From contig NIVC01001344.1 of assembly GCA_002269645.1 (NCBI GenBank), positions 1-64,000 on the forward strand: a stretch of DNA of 64,000 bases. The letters are read 5' to 3'. Below, one piece after another: positions 1 to 12,256 of this stretch. The DNA is from Macrostomum lignano (lineage: Eukaryota). Each line of letters starts with the position of its first letter. Position 1 is the first letter of the stretch. Below the pieces are notes generated by a model. The model worked only from the letters and a program-made list of their open reading frames with translations. It searched no databases and was not told where the DNA came from. Made by a program: the position numbers and the translations under genes.

Positions 1-698
1 AGAATGTCATTAGGTGTGCTACAGGGTGATACTGTAGTATCTTTCTTGTTTGTGCTTGGCCTATTGAGGACTAGCTTGCCTACCTAGATAATGGCTTCTT
101 GCTAAGAAGATGCATAAGTTGATAGCACCAAAAGAAGTAAAGCCTTGTATTACTATCACTGATAGCTAAAATACCTAGTAGCTACTGGATAGCCTAAAGC
201 TAATGGCAGCAACATCACAAGTTGGCTTAAGCTAAATATGTAGAAAAAAGTAGTCTTCATGGTGACTCTGGGTCTGACCTACCTACTGAGATCAATTACT
301 AAGATATTGCCTAAGACATAATCATGTTTACTTGATTGCCAATGGTTCTTATACCTTGGCAGCCTTATGCCAAAGATTGAAATGACAATAAGGATTGGCA
401 TAGGCCACTTATTGTTCTATGCACTATGTTAAAGGCATGCAAAGGCCTATGTAAAGGCCTATTCTATGTAAAGACATGCATGATATAGCCTTCTGAACTA
501 TTACATGGGCAAAAACTTTATTTGACTAGCCATATCATCTAGTCAAAGGCTTGTTGCCCTAAGCTAGGCCTAGGCCTACTAAAAGCTACAAGGACCCTAT
601 AGGCTAGAGTTTTGCTATAGCTAGGCCTATGGATATATAGATAATATAGATATAGATACAAAGTATATAAATATAGGCAAAGTATATAGATACAGAAA

Positions 699-1563
699 GG
701 TATCCACGCTTTTTGGTGCCTGTGCTTTTCGGTGCCGATCATTTCAGTGCCCCAGCTTGCTTTTCGGTGCCCAAATTATATATTAGAATTGGACACAAAA
801 TATAGAGATTGAGCTCTAATTTAGCAATAAGTGCTTTGTCTTTGCAGTACTTATTTACTTTAAAAAGAAGGTATTATTCATTTAGTTAAACTGACCTGCT
901 GTTTTAATGAATTCAAAAAATGGTTTTCGATTAGGCCAGTTGACTCGATTCAATTTACTTCCATGTCACTATAGCTGCGCATCTCAGCTGCGTCAAAATT
1001 TTAAACTAATGCCCCAAATGCGCTTATAATAAAATCTTATAGAATATGGTCCAATATTTATGCCCAAAAAAATTTCAGTTCATTAAATAATACTTGCTTC
1101 ATTTCTTAGGCAGTTTTATGAAATAAAACATGATCGGGTGATTTAAAAAATCAATACTAACTAAAATACATATATTTCACATTGTCACATTTCATAATTT
1201 TAATCAAAACTATATATAGCATTGTTGATAGATTTTAACTTTCCTAACTAAGTCTTCATAGCACTAGCATGCTTGCTGAGTGCAGCCAGCTTATATTATA
1301 TGTACAGAATTCAGAATACAGCAAATGTATGCAATTAAATTGAATGGATTTTTCCAATTTAAAGAAACGTGCCAACTTCACAAAATTATTTTTGCTTTCA
1401 TTAAAAATATCAAACGTTTTGTAAAGTTTTTATTATATTTGTTATAGGATTTCTTTTTTATTATCACCATTTTGGCATAATATAAACTGGGGCACCGAAA
1501 GGCAATCTAGGGCACCGAAATGCCAGGCACCAAAAAGCACAGGCACCGAAATGCATGGAAACC
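699..1563. mobile_element. Non-autonomous DNA transposon (MITE), GGCACC/GGTGCC-rich subterminal repeats, copy 1
   Basis: Left end GGTATCCACGCTTTTTGGTGCCTGTGCTTTT is the inverted counterpart of the right end AAAAAGCACAGGCACCGAAATGCATGGAAACC. There is no ORF. The interior is homologous, in reverse complement, to 4405-5065. Confidence 0.75.
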
Positions 1564-2056
1564 TAGAGAAATGTGGCTATCCTCTAGTTTTACACATTTA
1601 ACTATTTTACAAAATTTTAATATAGTTTTACCAACAGAGAACAATAGAAAGTTTATTATTCTACTAGGCCTAAATGGAAAGTTTTGGATATCATATTTTG
1701 AGCTATTGCTTTGATACAGTTAGGGTAGTAGCCTAGTTCAAATAAATGAATATTGCCAGTTTCAAAGTGAGTACTAAGGGCCAAGGGGCACTCTTAATTA
1801 AGTCCTGGAATTTAGGACTCAAGCATCAACATAGATGGTCAATGCTATGTTCACATTGTGGTTGGGTGGTAGGGGCTAAAGTTGAGATGAATTTTTTCAT
1901 CACTCTCAAAGTGGAGCTCTAAGTTCCTGCATGGATTTGGGGACTTAGCAACAGAGTTGAGTTTCGATGCTGGTAATGGCTAGAGTTTCGGCACCGGGAC
2001 CCGTTTTCTAACAGCTATGGATCCGGCAGTGCCGTATAAAAGCATACCAAAACACT

Positions 2057-2317
2057 CATACATGCGCAACAGTCGGCCGAGTCGGCCGATCCGGCCGACC
2101 GATTTGGCGGCCAACCAAGGTAAGTCGCAAAAATGCCCACCCGAAAGAATCATACGTAGTACTAATTAGATGACGAGGCATTTAGCCCTTATAAGACAGT
2201 CATAGTTACTCCTGCCGTTTACCCAAAATTGCGTTAATTTTCTTTCACAGGTAAGTCGCATTTTTTGTTAAAACTAAGTCGCACGGCCGACCAAATTTTG
2301 AAGGTTGCGCATGTATG
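2057..2317. mobile_element. 261-bp MITE with 14-bp TIR and perfect 8-bp TSD (P- or hAT-type), carrying a 28S rRNA-like fragment
   Basis: TIR CATACATGCGCAAC / GTTGCGCATGTATG. TSD AAAACACT at 2049-2056 and 2318-2325. Subterminal GGCCGA and TAAGTCGCA repeats. Confidence 0.9.
2161..2224 (-). pseudogene. Short 28S rRNA-derived fragment (region containing the R2 insertion / I-PpoI site)
   Basis: The reverse complement reads GGGTAAACGGCAGGAGTAACTATGACTGTCTTATAAGGGCTAAATGCCTCGTCATCTAATTAGT. This is 56/64 identical, ungapped, to the conserved eukaryotic LSU sequence GGGTAAACGGCGGGAGTAACTATGACTCTCTTAAGGTAGCCAAATGCCTCGTCATCTAATTAGT, as I recall it. Confidence 0.85.
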
Positions 2318-3565
2318 AAAACACTACTAAGAACATATCTTAACAAGTCTGAACATTAGAAGCATCTTGTTGTTTCGAATCTTATCATATCGTCTTGAAT
2401 CTTATTTAGAACAAAATCTCAATATCAATACCTGTAGAAAGAAAATTATAATGTTCTGTCTATATTATAATGCACTGCCGGATCCATAGCCGTTAGAAAA
2501 CAGGTTCCGGTACGGTGCCGAGCTCTAGTCATTGCATGCCTTCGATGCCAACAACGCCTCGTCCCCTCAAATTAGTGACCCATTCTAAGAAAGCAAGGAG
2601 TATTATTCACAGGAAAACATACTTGAGAAAAATATTGCGTTGTGTGAAAAAGTCGATAAAATTCACTAAGCAACAATAAAGTCGTAAAATCTTCTTAACG
2701 AATGAGCTGTTATAAGCAGCTTTGTTTAATGTCAGTTTTAAAATAAAAACATTTTTAAATTCCGCATGAAATCGGAATCAACTGTTCAGTCCTCCTCGGA
2801 ATTCCCTCCGATCGTACGTGCGCGTGCGACTAAAAAGAAATGCGATTAAATAACAATATCGTCTTTAATAACTGTCAAATATGATATTAAAAAATTTCTG
2901 ATGTGAAATGTCCAGTTTCAAATTGAATACGATTTAGTGTTTTCACAATCAGGACAATAATATCGATTGTTATCAATGTTTAAATAAATACAATATGTTT
3001 GTAGACATTGAAACTTTTCATTTCCTTTCCATTGTCGTTAGGCCTAGTCAATTAGGCAATTCCCAATTTAAATTAGACGTTTTTACCTGCAAAATAACAG
3101 CTGATTACAATTACAACTAGGGTCTACCGGTCTATATGTGGGTGCTTGAATTTTATGCAGATTTTCTATGCTCTTTGGAGAAGTTTCATCCCAGATAACA
3201 GATTGGCATTTGTCATTTGATTTAAGGACATATGAATTTGCACTTACTTGTCTTACAATATTATTGTGCTGATTTTGATGTTAGTGGCCCTAATGATAAT
3301 GTTTTTGTTTTGAAATTGAAACATTACAAAAGAAAAAGTAACTTGAAATCCTAGGCTATAGTCTAGCTAGAAATCAGCATATAATCCTTATTTATGATTA
3401 GGAGTAGGACTCAATGGGAGTCAGGATAAGCCCCCTCTAGGTAGCTAGGCCTAGTATTTAATATAAGCCAAACATTTTTAAGTATAGGTAGGCCTATAAT
3501 AGGCCTATAAAAGGTTTTGCTTAAGAAATCTAAATTTACTAAAAACAAAATAACAAACAATTATA

Positions 3566-4383
3566 ATATTAGGGCATTCTTTTGTTTTAGAAGACCCTCT
3601 ATGTATTAAATAGGAAGCTGGCAGTTTCAAAAAAGAAGACCCGCCTAATACATAAGAAGCTACTCATATATTGTTGTCTATTATTTTGTTTGTTTATTCT
3701 TAATGGCTTTGTGTGTCCTTTATTATAGTTTATATTACAGTTTCGTTTTAGAAGACCGTCAAGCTACTATTTCATTGAAGGTCTTCCAAAACGAAGGTAG
3801 TAGGGGTGGCAGCAACAAAAGCTGCAGAAACGTAGGGTTTGTTTTCCTGTGTCGGCCTTGGGTACATTTTCTATGATATATACAGTTTTGTTTTAAAAGA
3901 CTGACAATGTTAAGCATCCATTAAAGGTCTTCTGAAACAAAAGTAGGGGATATGGAAGCTTTTATTTTTAAGAGAGGTCAAAGCTGCACCCAATGGACAT
4001 CACGATGTTCATTGTCGGTTACCTGTTGGAAATTCTGCAGAAGTAAGTTTAACATTAAGGTCTCTTACTTTCGTAATGCAAGACCTCAGTGTTGTAAATA
4101 CTTAGGTGAAATGAGTTGGGTCTTCTTTTTTGAAGGTGAGGGAGGGTGCCAGGCTGGGTATGAGATTGGTGGAATAAACGCTTGCAATTACAGTATAACA
4201 ACTTTGTGTGAAATTAAGCACTGTCAATTAAAGCATCAACTTTGTGTGGAATTAACTTTTGCTACGCTTTCATTTTGTTAGTGAATGCTCGTTTTTCGAT
4301 TGATTTCTTCCCCTTTTCCATGGGTCTTCCATTATAAAAGTCACGCATTTTTGGGTCTTCTATAATGAAAGTATGCCAATATT
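3566..4383. mobile_element. Probable MITE with GAAGACC/GGTCTTC subterminal motifs
   Basis: Ends AATATTAGGGCATTCTTT..TAGAAGACCC and GGGTCTTCTA..AAAGTATGCCAATATT are imperfect inverted repeats. GAAGACC copies occur in the left part and GGTCTTC copies toward the right. Confidence 0.5.
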
Positions 4384-4404
4384 AGGCCCCTATGCTTAGG
4401 CCCT

Positions 4405-5065
4405 AGTTTCTATGCATTTTGGTGCCTATGCATTTTGGTGCCCTGCATTTTGGTGCCTCAGATTGCTTTTCAGCATCTTTATCTATAATGCAAAAATGAT
4501 AATAATAAAAAATCCTATAACAAACATAATGAATAATTTTTTAAATGTTTAATATTTTTAATAAGATTAGTATTTATTTTGATAAACTAGTATGTTTTTT
4601 TAGTTTTAAAAAATCCAATCAATTTAATTGCACACATTTGCTATATCATTTATACAAATATAAGGCTATACCTAGCAAGCATGCTATGAAGACTTAGTTA
4701 GGTAAAGATAAAATCTATTAATAATGCTACATGTAGTTTTGATTGAAATCCATATAACTTGTCTATTTTAGTATTGATTTTTTTAATCATATCTTTTTTT
4801 TAGAATTGAATGCAAGACTAGAGAAAAAATTAAATGAAATAAAACTATTTTTTTAATTAAAATACCAGGTCAGTTAACAAACTAAATAATACCTTCGTTT
4901 TTTAAAGTAAATAAGTACTGCAAAAGCAAAGCACTTATTGCTAAATTAGGGCTCACTGTCTATATTTTTGTGTCCAATTCTAAATTATAATTTAGGCACT
5001 AAAAAGCAAGCTGGGGTACTTAAACACTAGGCACCAAAAAGCACAAGCACCAAAATGTGGATACC
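4405..5065. mobile_element. Second, inverted and diverged copy of the 699-1563 MITE
   Basis: 4870-5065 is the reverse complement of ~700-900, and ~4670-4750 matches ~1200-1280. It ends ...GTGGATACC followed by TA. Confidence 0.75.
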
Positions 5066-6075
5066 TAGGCCCCTAGCTTAGCTAATTCTTTTCAAATGAT
5101 ATTACCTTTTATAGCTTCTAGATTGTAGTCTAGTCAATCTAGCAATAAGAGAATTTGGCAATATATTGATCAGGTAATAATCAAAGCAGCAATAGACAAT
5201 CTATAAGAGGTGTCTGGAAAGTAAGTAGTGTTACTTTTACTTGTAGCAAACGTTTGGTAAGTTGCATTGACATAAGTTTGGTATCGTTTGAAAGCAGCAT
5301 GCCTCTTCTTTAAAATGACTTAAACCAGGATTGATTTGGATTTGGATTTTAAGAGATATGTGCACTTAAGTAGAGGGATACATACTTTCTATGTAGTCTT
5401 TCTATATATATATTCTTATTTATGTATAAGTTGTATTTACTTAAGTAAGTCTTATAATTTATAGCAATATCACTGATTTGATTGAGGCTATTACTAACTA
5501 GTCTAAACCTTGTCATTGAAGTAGTTGTTACCAAAAATCTTTTTCAATAAGCTAACTAGTAATAACTTTTTTAAAAATATGACCTAAAAGCCTAATGCTT
5601 TGCAGGTAAATATAGAATAAGATTGTTACATGGGGCATCTAGAGCAATTCAAACTCTGGCTGCAATAGGGCTATTAGCTGCTTTGTTGCTTTGTTAGCTT
5701 AAAGGCCTAGATTTTCCTAAATATAGCCTATGTTCAATGGAAATTGCAATGAACACAATGAATTTAGAGAAATACTTGACATGTTACATTTTATATTGCA
5801 GCTTTTATTATCTATAATAAAGGTAAATAGCTGTCTTAGGCTAATGCAAGTTTATTAGTGTTAGCAATATCAGCTGTTTCATTAACAGCTTTATTGGCAG
5901 CTCTTCATCAACAGCTTTATTAGGAACTTTATCAATAGCTTTATAAAGCTACCCACTCAGGCCATCGACTTAACAATGATGTAAATAATTCACAAAAGCA
6001 CAAAAAATATAATTGAGCATAAACTCAAATAATAAAACATTGCATGTGCAGCCATTGTATTTATTTTCCTTTGGA

Positions 6076-9000
6076 ATGTCGTCATCAAACAAGCTAAAGC
6101 GCAAAGCTGCACCGCCATCGTCTGGTTCCTCGGCTCCAGCCTCTGCCCCATCGTCTTCATCAGGTTCCACCGAGCCGCCTCCATTAGTGCCGGCATCGAA
6201 ACGCTTAGAAGCTGATGTTGATTTCGTCTGCTCAGCAATTGAAACCCGCTCTAGCCAAGGTGATTATCAGCTAGCCAGGTGTCATCTGGCACTGGCTAAA
6301 TGCCTTTGGCGAGACAGTTTCAAAGTTCGCCGCTGGGCCTATCAGTTAGCCAGAGATGAAGCCGATTGGGACGCGGCGGCGGCCGCTTTCATGCAAATGT
6401 ACGCCGAAAATCCCAACGAGGCGCTGTTTTATCAGGAGCTCAGCCGAGTACTGGAAGGCGTGACTAAAGCTGATGGAGATGCCGCCTCAACCGCACTGTT
6501 TGGCCGCCTGCCTGGCCGGCTGCAATGCGAGCTGTTGCTGAAATATGGCCAATCAGTTGGCAGCGCCCTAGAGCAGGCTGGCCTATTGCTCTACGCTATT
6601 CAACAATATCCGTCTGTGGCTGCACAGCAAGGCTCGTCGCTTGTTGAAGCTCTGCTAGCGGCTGAACAGGTTCGTTCCTTGCAATCCAAACCGTTCAAGC
6701 ACTTAAATCTATATCTAGGCTGCTTCGATGTGTCTGTATTGATTGTTTTCAGCTATTCAGGTTTGAAGAGATGCCATTTCAGTGTGGAGAGATTCCATTT
6801 CAGTGTGGAGAGATTCCATATCAGTGTGGAGAGATGCCATTTCAGTGTGGAGAGATGCCATTTCAGTGTGGAGAGATGCCATTTCACTGTGGAGAGATTC
6901 CATTTCAGTGTGGAGAGATGCCATTTCAGTGTGGAGAGATTCCATTTCAGTGTGGAGAAATGCCATTTCAGTGTGGAGAGATGCCATTTCAGTGTGGAGA
7001 GATTCCATTTCAGTGTGGAGAGATTCCATTTCAGTGTGGAGAGATTCCATTTCAGTGTGGAGAGATGCCATTTCAGTGTGGAGAGATTCCATTTCAGTGT
7101 GGAGAGATGTCATTTCAGTATGTAGAGGTGCCATGTCTGTTTAGAGATGGCATTTCAATGTGGAGAGATTCCACTTCAGTGTGGAGAGATTCCACTTCAG
7201 TGTGGAGAGATGCCATGTCTGTTTAGAGATGGCATTTCAATGTGGAGAGGTGCCATGTCTGTTTAGAGATGGCATTTCAGTTTGGAAAGATTCAATTTCA
7301 GTGTGGAGAGATGCCACTTCAGTGTGGAGAGATGCCATGTCTGTTTAGAGATGGCATTTCAATGTGGAGAGATTCCACTTCAGTGTGGAGAGATGCCATG
7401 TCTGTTTAGAGATGGCATTTCAGTTTGGAAAGATTCCATTTCAGTGTGGAGAGATGCCGCTTCAGTGTGGAGAGATGCCATGTCTGTTTTGAGATGGCAT
7501 TTCAATGTGGAGAGATTCCACTTCAGTGTGGAGAGATGCCATGTCTGTTTAGGGATGGCATTTCTCTATGGAGAGGTGCCATGTCTGTTTAGAGATGGCA
7601 TTTCAGTTTGGAAAGATTCCATTTCAGTGTGGAGAGATGCCGCTTCAGTGTAGAGAGATGCCACTTCAGTGTGGAGAGATTCATTTCATTTTCATTCATT
7701 CATTCATTCATTTCATTCATTTCAATGTGGAGAGATTCCACTTCAGTGTGGAGAGGTGCCATGTCTGTTTAGAGATAGCATTTCTATGTGGAGAGATTCC
7801 ACTTCAGTGTGGAGAGATGCCATGTCTGTTTAGAGATAGCATTTCTATGTGGAGAGATTCCACTTCAGTGTGGAGAGATGCCATGTCTGTTTAGAGATGG
7901 CATTTCAATGTGGAGAGATTCCACTTCAGTGTGGAGAGGTGCCATGTCTGTTTAGAGATGGCATTTCAATGTGGAGAGATTCCACTTCAGTGTGGAGAGA
8001 TGCCATGTCTGTTTAGAGATGCCATTTTAGTGTGGAGAGATGCCATGTCTGTTTAGAGATGCCATTTCAGTGTGGAGAGGTGCCATGTCTGTTTAGAGAT
8101 GGCATTTCAGTTTGGAAAGATTCCACTTCAGTGTGGAGAGTGCCATTTCAGTGTGGAGTCGTGGAGAGATGCCATGTCTGTTTAGAGATGCCATTTTAGT
8201 GTGGAGAGATGCCATGTCTGTTTAGAGATGCCATTTTAGTGTGGAGAGATGCCATGTCTGTTTAGAGATGCCATTTCAGTGTGGAGAGGTGCCATGTCTG
8301 TTTAGAGATGGCATTTCAGTTTGGAAAGATTCCACTTCAGTGTGGAGAGTGCCATTTCAGTGTGGAGTCGTGGAGAGATGCCATGTCTGTTTAGAGATGC
8401 CATTTTAGTGTGGAGAGATGCCATGTCTGTTTAGAGATGCCATTTCAGTGTGGAGAGGTGCCATGTCTGTTTAGAGATGGCATTTCAGTTTGGAAAGATT
8501 CCACTTCAGTGTGGAGAGTGCCATTTCAGTGTGGAGTCGTGGAGAGATGCCATGTCTGTTTAGAGATGCCATTTTAGTGTGGAGAGATGCCATGTCTGTT
8601 TAGAGATGCCATTTCAGTGTGGAGAGGTGCCATGTCTGTTTAGAGATGGCATTTCAGTTTGGAAAGATTCCACTTCAGTGTGGAGAGATGCCATTTCAGT
8701 GTGGAGAGATGCAATTGTAGTGTAAAGAGGTGCCATTTCGGTCTGGGGAGATGCCATTCCAGTGCCGGTTTAGTTGATTCAGTTGACGTAGTTGGCATTT
8801 TGATATAACTCAAAACTCGACCAGTTTTTTAATGCCTGCGATCTATAACCTATCCCCATCGCTCTACTTTTGTAGGACTCTTGCGAAGACACAGTGCTCA
8901 ACAAGCATCGAAAATGCCTAGTTGTGGATGTGCTTCCCGTACTACTAGACGGCGCCAATGCAAGTAGTGGCAGCGTGCAATTAAGTTCAAAATTACTTCG

Positions 9001-11586
9001 AAAGTTGTTAACAATGTCTATGGAATTTTACGTTGCTGTGGGCTCTGCACAGCAGCAGCAGCAAGCACTGCTGGACAGCTGGCAACTATCTGGCAATTCT
9101 TGGCCGGTAGCTGGCCGCCAACTGGCTGATAGGCTGTGCCACCAGCTGGGCCTGCAGTTGCATCAGCTGGCCAGAGGGCAGCCGGATTCTGTACTATCGG
9201 CTGCAGCTAGTTCAGAATTGGATTCTAATCAGGTGCTTAAACTTTACATTTATTTATTTACTCGAGAACTGACGGACATTAATGTAGTCATAGTATTAAG
9301 AAGAATTTAGTATTGGTAGAAGATTTGTTATCGCTAGATGTCATTTTTTATCGCTAGATGGCATTTGTTATCGCTAGGTGTCATTTGTAATCGCTAGGTG
9401 CCATTTGTAATCGCTAGATGCCATTTGTTATCGCTAGGTGTCATTTGTTATCGCTAGGTGCCATTTGTTATCGCTAGGTGCCATTTGTTATCGCTAGGTG
9501 CCATTTGTTTTTACCAGGTGCCATTTGTTATCGCTAGGTGCCATTTGTTATCGGTTGGCACCATTTTTTCCTACCAGGTACCATTTGTTATCGCTAGGTG
9601 CCATTTGCTATCGCTAGGTGCCATTTGCTATCGCTAGGTGCCATTTGTAATCGCTAGGTGCCATTTGTAATCGCTAGGTGCCATTTGCTATCGCTAGGAC
9701 GTGCCATTTGTAATCGCTAGGTGCCATTTGTTATCGCTAGATGTCGTTTAGATTGGGTTTATTATGCATAAAAGAGATGCCATTTTGCGTCTGGACAAAG
9801 ACATGATTAGATGCGATTTCCAAATATTTTCCTCCACTAGATCAAGTCTCTGGCCGCAGTTAGTCTGCTTCTTCTAGCGGAAGCCGCCAATCGATTTTAC
9901 CGTCTGGCCCGGCAGCAGTCGGGTTCAACATCGCCAACGCCTCCAACGTCGCCACAGTCAGTCACGTCGGCAACTGCTCACCAGGGCATCGACGCGTCCA
10001 ACTTGGAGAGCGCTTCGTCCAGTCACGCCATCCTACTGTTGCACTGCCTTCGCCCAGTAGCCGACAAACTGCAAATGCCAACAGTTTCAATTGCTCGCCG
10101 CGAAGCCTCTAAAGCTTTTTTATCGGCCAGCAATATTGTTTGGCTAATACGGGATTGGCCGGAATTGCAGCGAAGAATTGATTCGATCAAGGATCGACTG
10201 CAGCGTCGGGGCGCTGTCAGGCTGGCTTGGTTAGATAGCATCGTGTCTGAGCACCTGCTGTACATTGGACAGCCGGCTGCCTGCTTGAAGGAGCTGCGCC
10301 TGCTTGCGTCAGGGCCGGGGGCTTGGCCTACTGAGCACAGGCTCTATTATGAGGCTCAGTGCCTTCAGCTGCAGGGAGCTATGGTTTGTTAACACCATCT
10401 CTGATGATCCCACACATGTTCCTGTTAGATATTTAGCGGCGTAGATAGTCTGTAGCCTAGTGATTAGAGCATCGAGCTCACGACTAAAAGGTCGGGGGTT
10501 CGATTCTCGACCCCACTGGAACAATTTGTGTCCTTGAGCAAGACACTTAACTCTGCATTGCTTCAGTTCACCCATGAGCTGTAACTGTAAAATGGGTGCC
10601 AGAATTAGCTGGGGTAATTGAGGGTGTGTGTGGCGACCCTCAACCCGTCCTTGGACTGAACAGCCGTACGCAGCCTCAGGTGCGCTGCGCAATAGCTGCG
10701 GCTGAGCTGTCGGTTGCACATCTGCCCATTTGGGCAGGTAAAAAGTTACTCACCTCTGCTAATCCTCAATCTGATCCTGTTAGATATTTAGTCTCACCAG
10801 AATCCTGTTTGATCCATAGTTACACCTGTCTAATGATCCCCTATTAGTCCCTGTTAGACACAATTACATATTTTTGCAGCGTCTATCTATCTATCATCAG
10901 TTTTACTCAGTTGTGCACTTTAAAACTGTGTACTTTTATCTATCGCACAGGCCGCCTCAGTCCGCCCGCTCCTGGCCTGCTGCCAAGCCCTGTCGCCGTC
11001 CGATGGCAGCCTGATATCTCTCTCGTCACCGGCGCCCGCCATCTCGCTAGCCGACGCTCAACCTCCGGCCGCGGCGCCGTGCCTCGCGCCGCTAACCTGC
11101 GGCCTGGCGCTGCGCCTGCTGGTGGCCACCTTGGCGGATCTTCTAGTTGGCTTAGCCAGCCGGGCTGACAGCTCTAGCGATGCGCCAGACTGCCTCATCG
11201 GCCACTGTCTGGTGCTGCTGCAGCGGGACTGGCCAGACGAAGAAACCGAGGGACAGCAGCAGCGCCAGCACCAGCTAGACGCTCTATTGAATCTAATCAG
11301 AGGGCGCTCCAGCTTCAATTATTGCCCACAATTTGCTGATTACGTCATCCTACCCGAGACCATTGAGGAACTGGCATTGTTGCATAATAGCGCCGGTATC
11401 GAGCTGAACCTGTTCCCGCCAGTTAATGCCGATGAGAAGAAGCCTACAGCTGTCGGATTCGATGCTAAAATGGCCGCCCAGATGGACAGGTGTCACGATA
11501 ATTTGGCTGAATTGCTATATCGATTTGTTCGCGCCGAGGAGAAATCTTTGTTAGAATTTGTTGATCAAGCCGACTTTTCCGAGTGA
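6076..11586 (+). CDS. INTS10: Integrator complex subunit 10; exons 6076-6669, 8876-9232, 9841-10383, 10951-11586
   Basis: All introns are GT-AG and phase 0. Motifs LFGRLPGRLQCELLLK, KHRKCLVVDVLP..LLRKLL..EFY and SFNY..FADYVILPETIEELALL match INTS10 as I recall it. The exon 3/4 junction is the least certain. Confidence 0.85.
6766..8760. repeat. 21-bp minisatellite (GAGAGATGCCATTTCAGTGTG) with longer composite units, INTS10 intron 1
   Basis: Directly visible tandem array. It explains the FHFSVER-type ORFs. Confidence 0.95.
9325..9745. repeat. 20-bp minisatellite (CCATTTGTTATCGCTAGGTG), INTS10 intron 2
   Basis: Visible tandem array. Confidence 0.95.
10453..10740 (+). mobile_element. tRNA-derived CORE-type SINE, near full length (INTS10 intron 3)
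   Basis: A-box TAGCCTAGTG and B-box GGTTCGATTC. The central GTGTCCTTGAGCAAGACACTTAAC..CTTCAGTT..CTGTAAAATGGG resembles the MIR/AFC CORE domain. The 3' part is hairpin-rich. Related copies lie at 13.8-14.2k, 32.3-32.7k and 58.3-58.5k. Confidence 0.8.
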
Positions 11587-12256
11587 ATGTCTGCAATGTG
11601 CTTGTGTTGCTACTTACTAAGTAGAGCAATCGTAGAAATGAACGTTTATTTGCTGTAAAATTTGCTTGTCAACTAAGCCGTGCGCATTTAAATATCGATG
11701 GCAATGCAAACTTGTGAATTATTTATCCCTACCTTAACGTCGGTCTCAGCTTTGTTATTTATTGCTCAAATACTATTGCTTCAACTACTGATTATTTGTG
11801 ATTGATTTCACTTTGCTTGTTCGGTTGTATTGCAGACTTAATTAATTAGTAAATGGGCTAATCTGCATGCCTGCTGTTTTTTATATTCATTGGCAGACTT
11901 TAAGACAAGTGTGAGTGAGTGCCTTGGCTTTGTTTATTAGCCCAGTTGCCTTAGTGTCATTGAAGCTAGTATTGAAGTCGTATATATTAGTAATTTAAAT
12001 AGCAAAGTAAATTCTGAATTAGGCATTTAATCAAATTGTAGTTTATTGTTTATTAAAATAAAAATTGTTTTTTGCTGTTCGTATTACTGACATCAGTAGT
12101 GCAAATTAATTATTGTTCTATAATTCAAATTTCAGGCGAATTCAGCTAGCTCCATAGTTGGCCAATTGGCTATTGTTTCTGCCTGTCCTATCGACTGCTA
12201 AAGAAGGACTTTTCTCTGCACTAGACGTATATAAGAAGCCTAATTGAAGAGTTGCC

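Larger units (their letters stand above)
1981..2527. mobile_element. hAT-like MITE (TAGAG...CTCTA), interrupted by a nested element
   Basis: ~50-bp imperfect TIRs (TAGAGTTTCGGCACCGGGACCCGTTTTCTAACAGCTATGGATCCGGCAGTGC / GCACTGCCGGATCCATAGCCGTTAGAAAACAGGTTCCGGTACGGTGCCGAGCTCTA). The flanks GTAATGGC / GTCATTGC match at 6 of 8 positions, consistent with a decayed 8-bp TSD. Confidence 0.7.

Noticed and set aside
10453-10525. tRNA gene calls at the SINE heads (also 13988 and 58450-58525)
   Set aside because: A and B boxes are present, but the acceptor and anticodon stems do not close, and each head continues into the same CORE-like body.
10640-10740. Hammerhead or HDV ribozyme in the SINE tail
   Set aside because: There is no CUGAUGA/GAAA core, and I could not thread the HDV P1-P4 topology. 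It is kept only as a generic structured domain.
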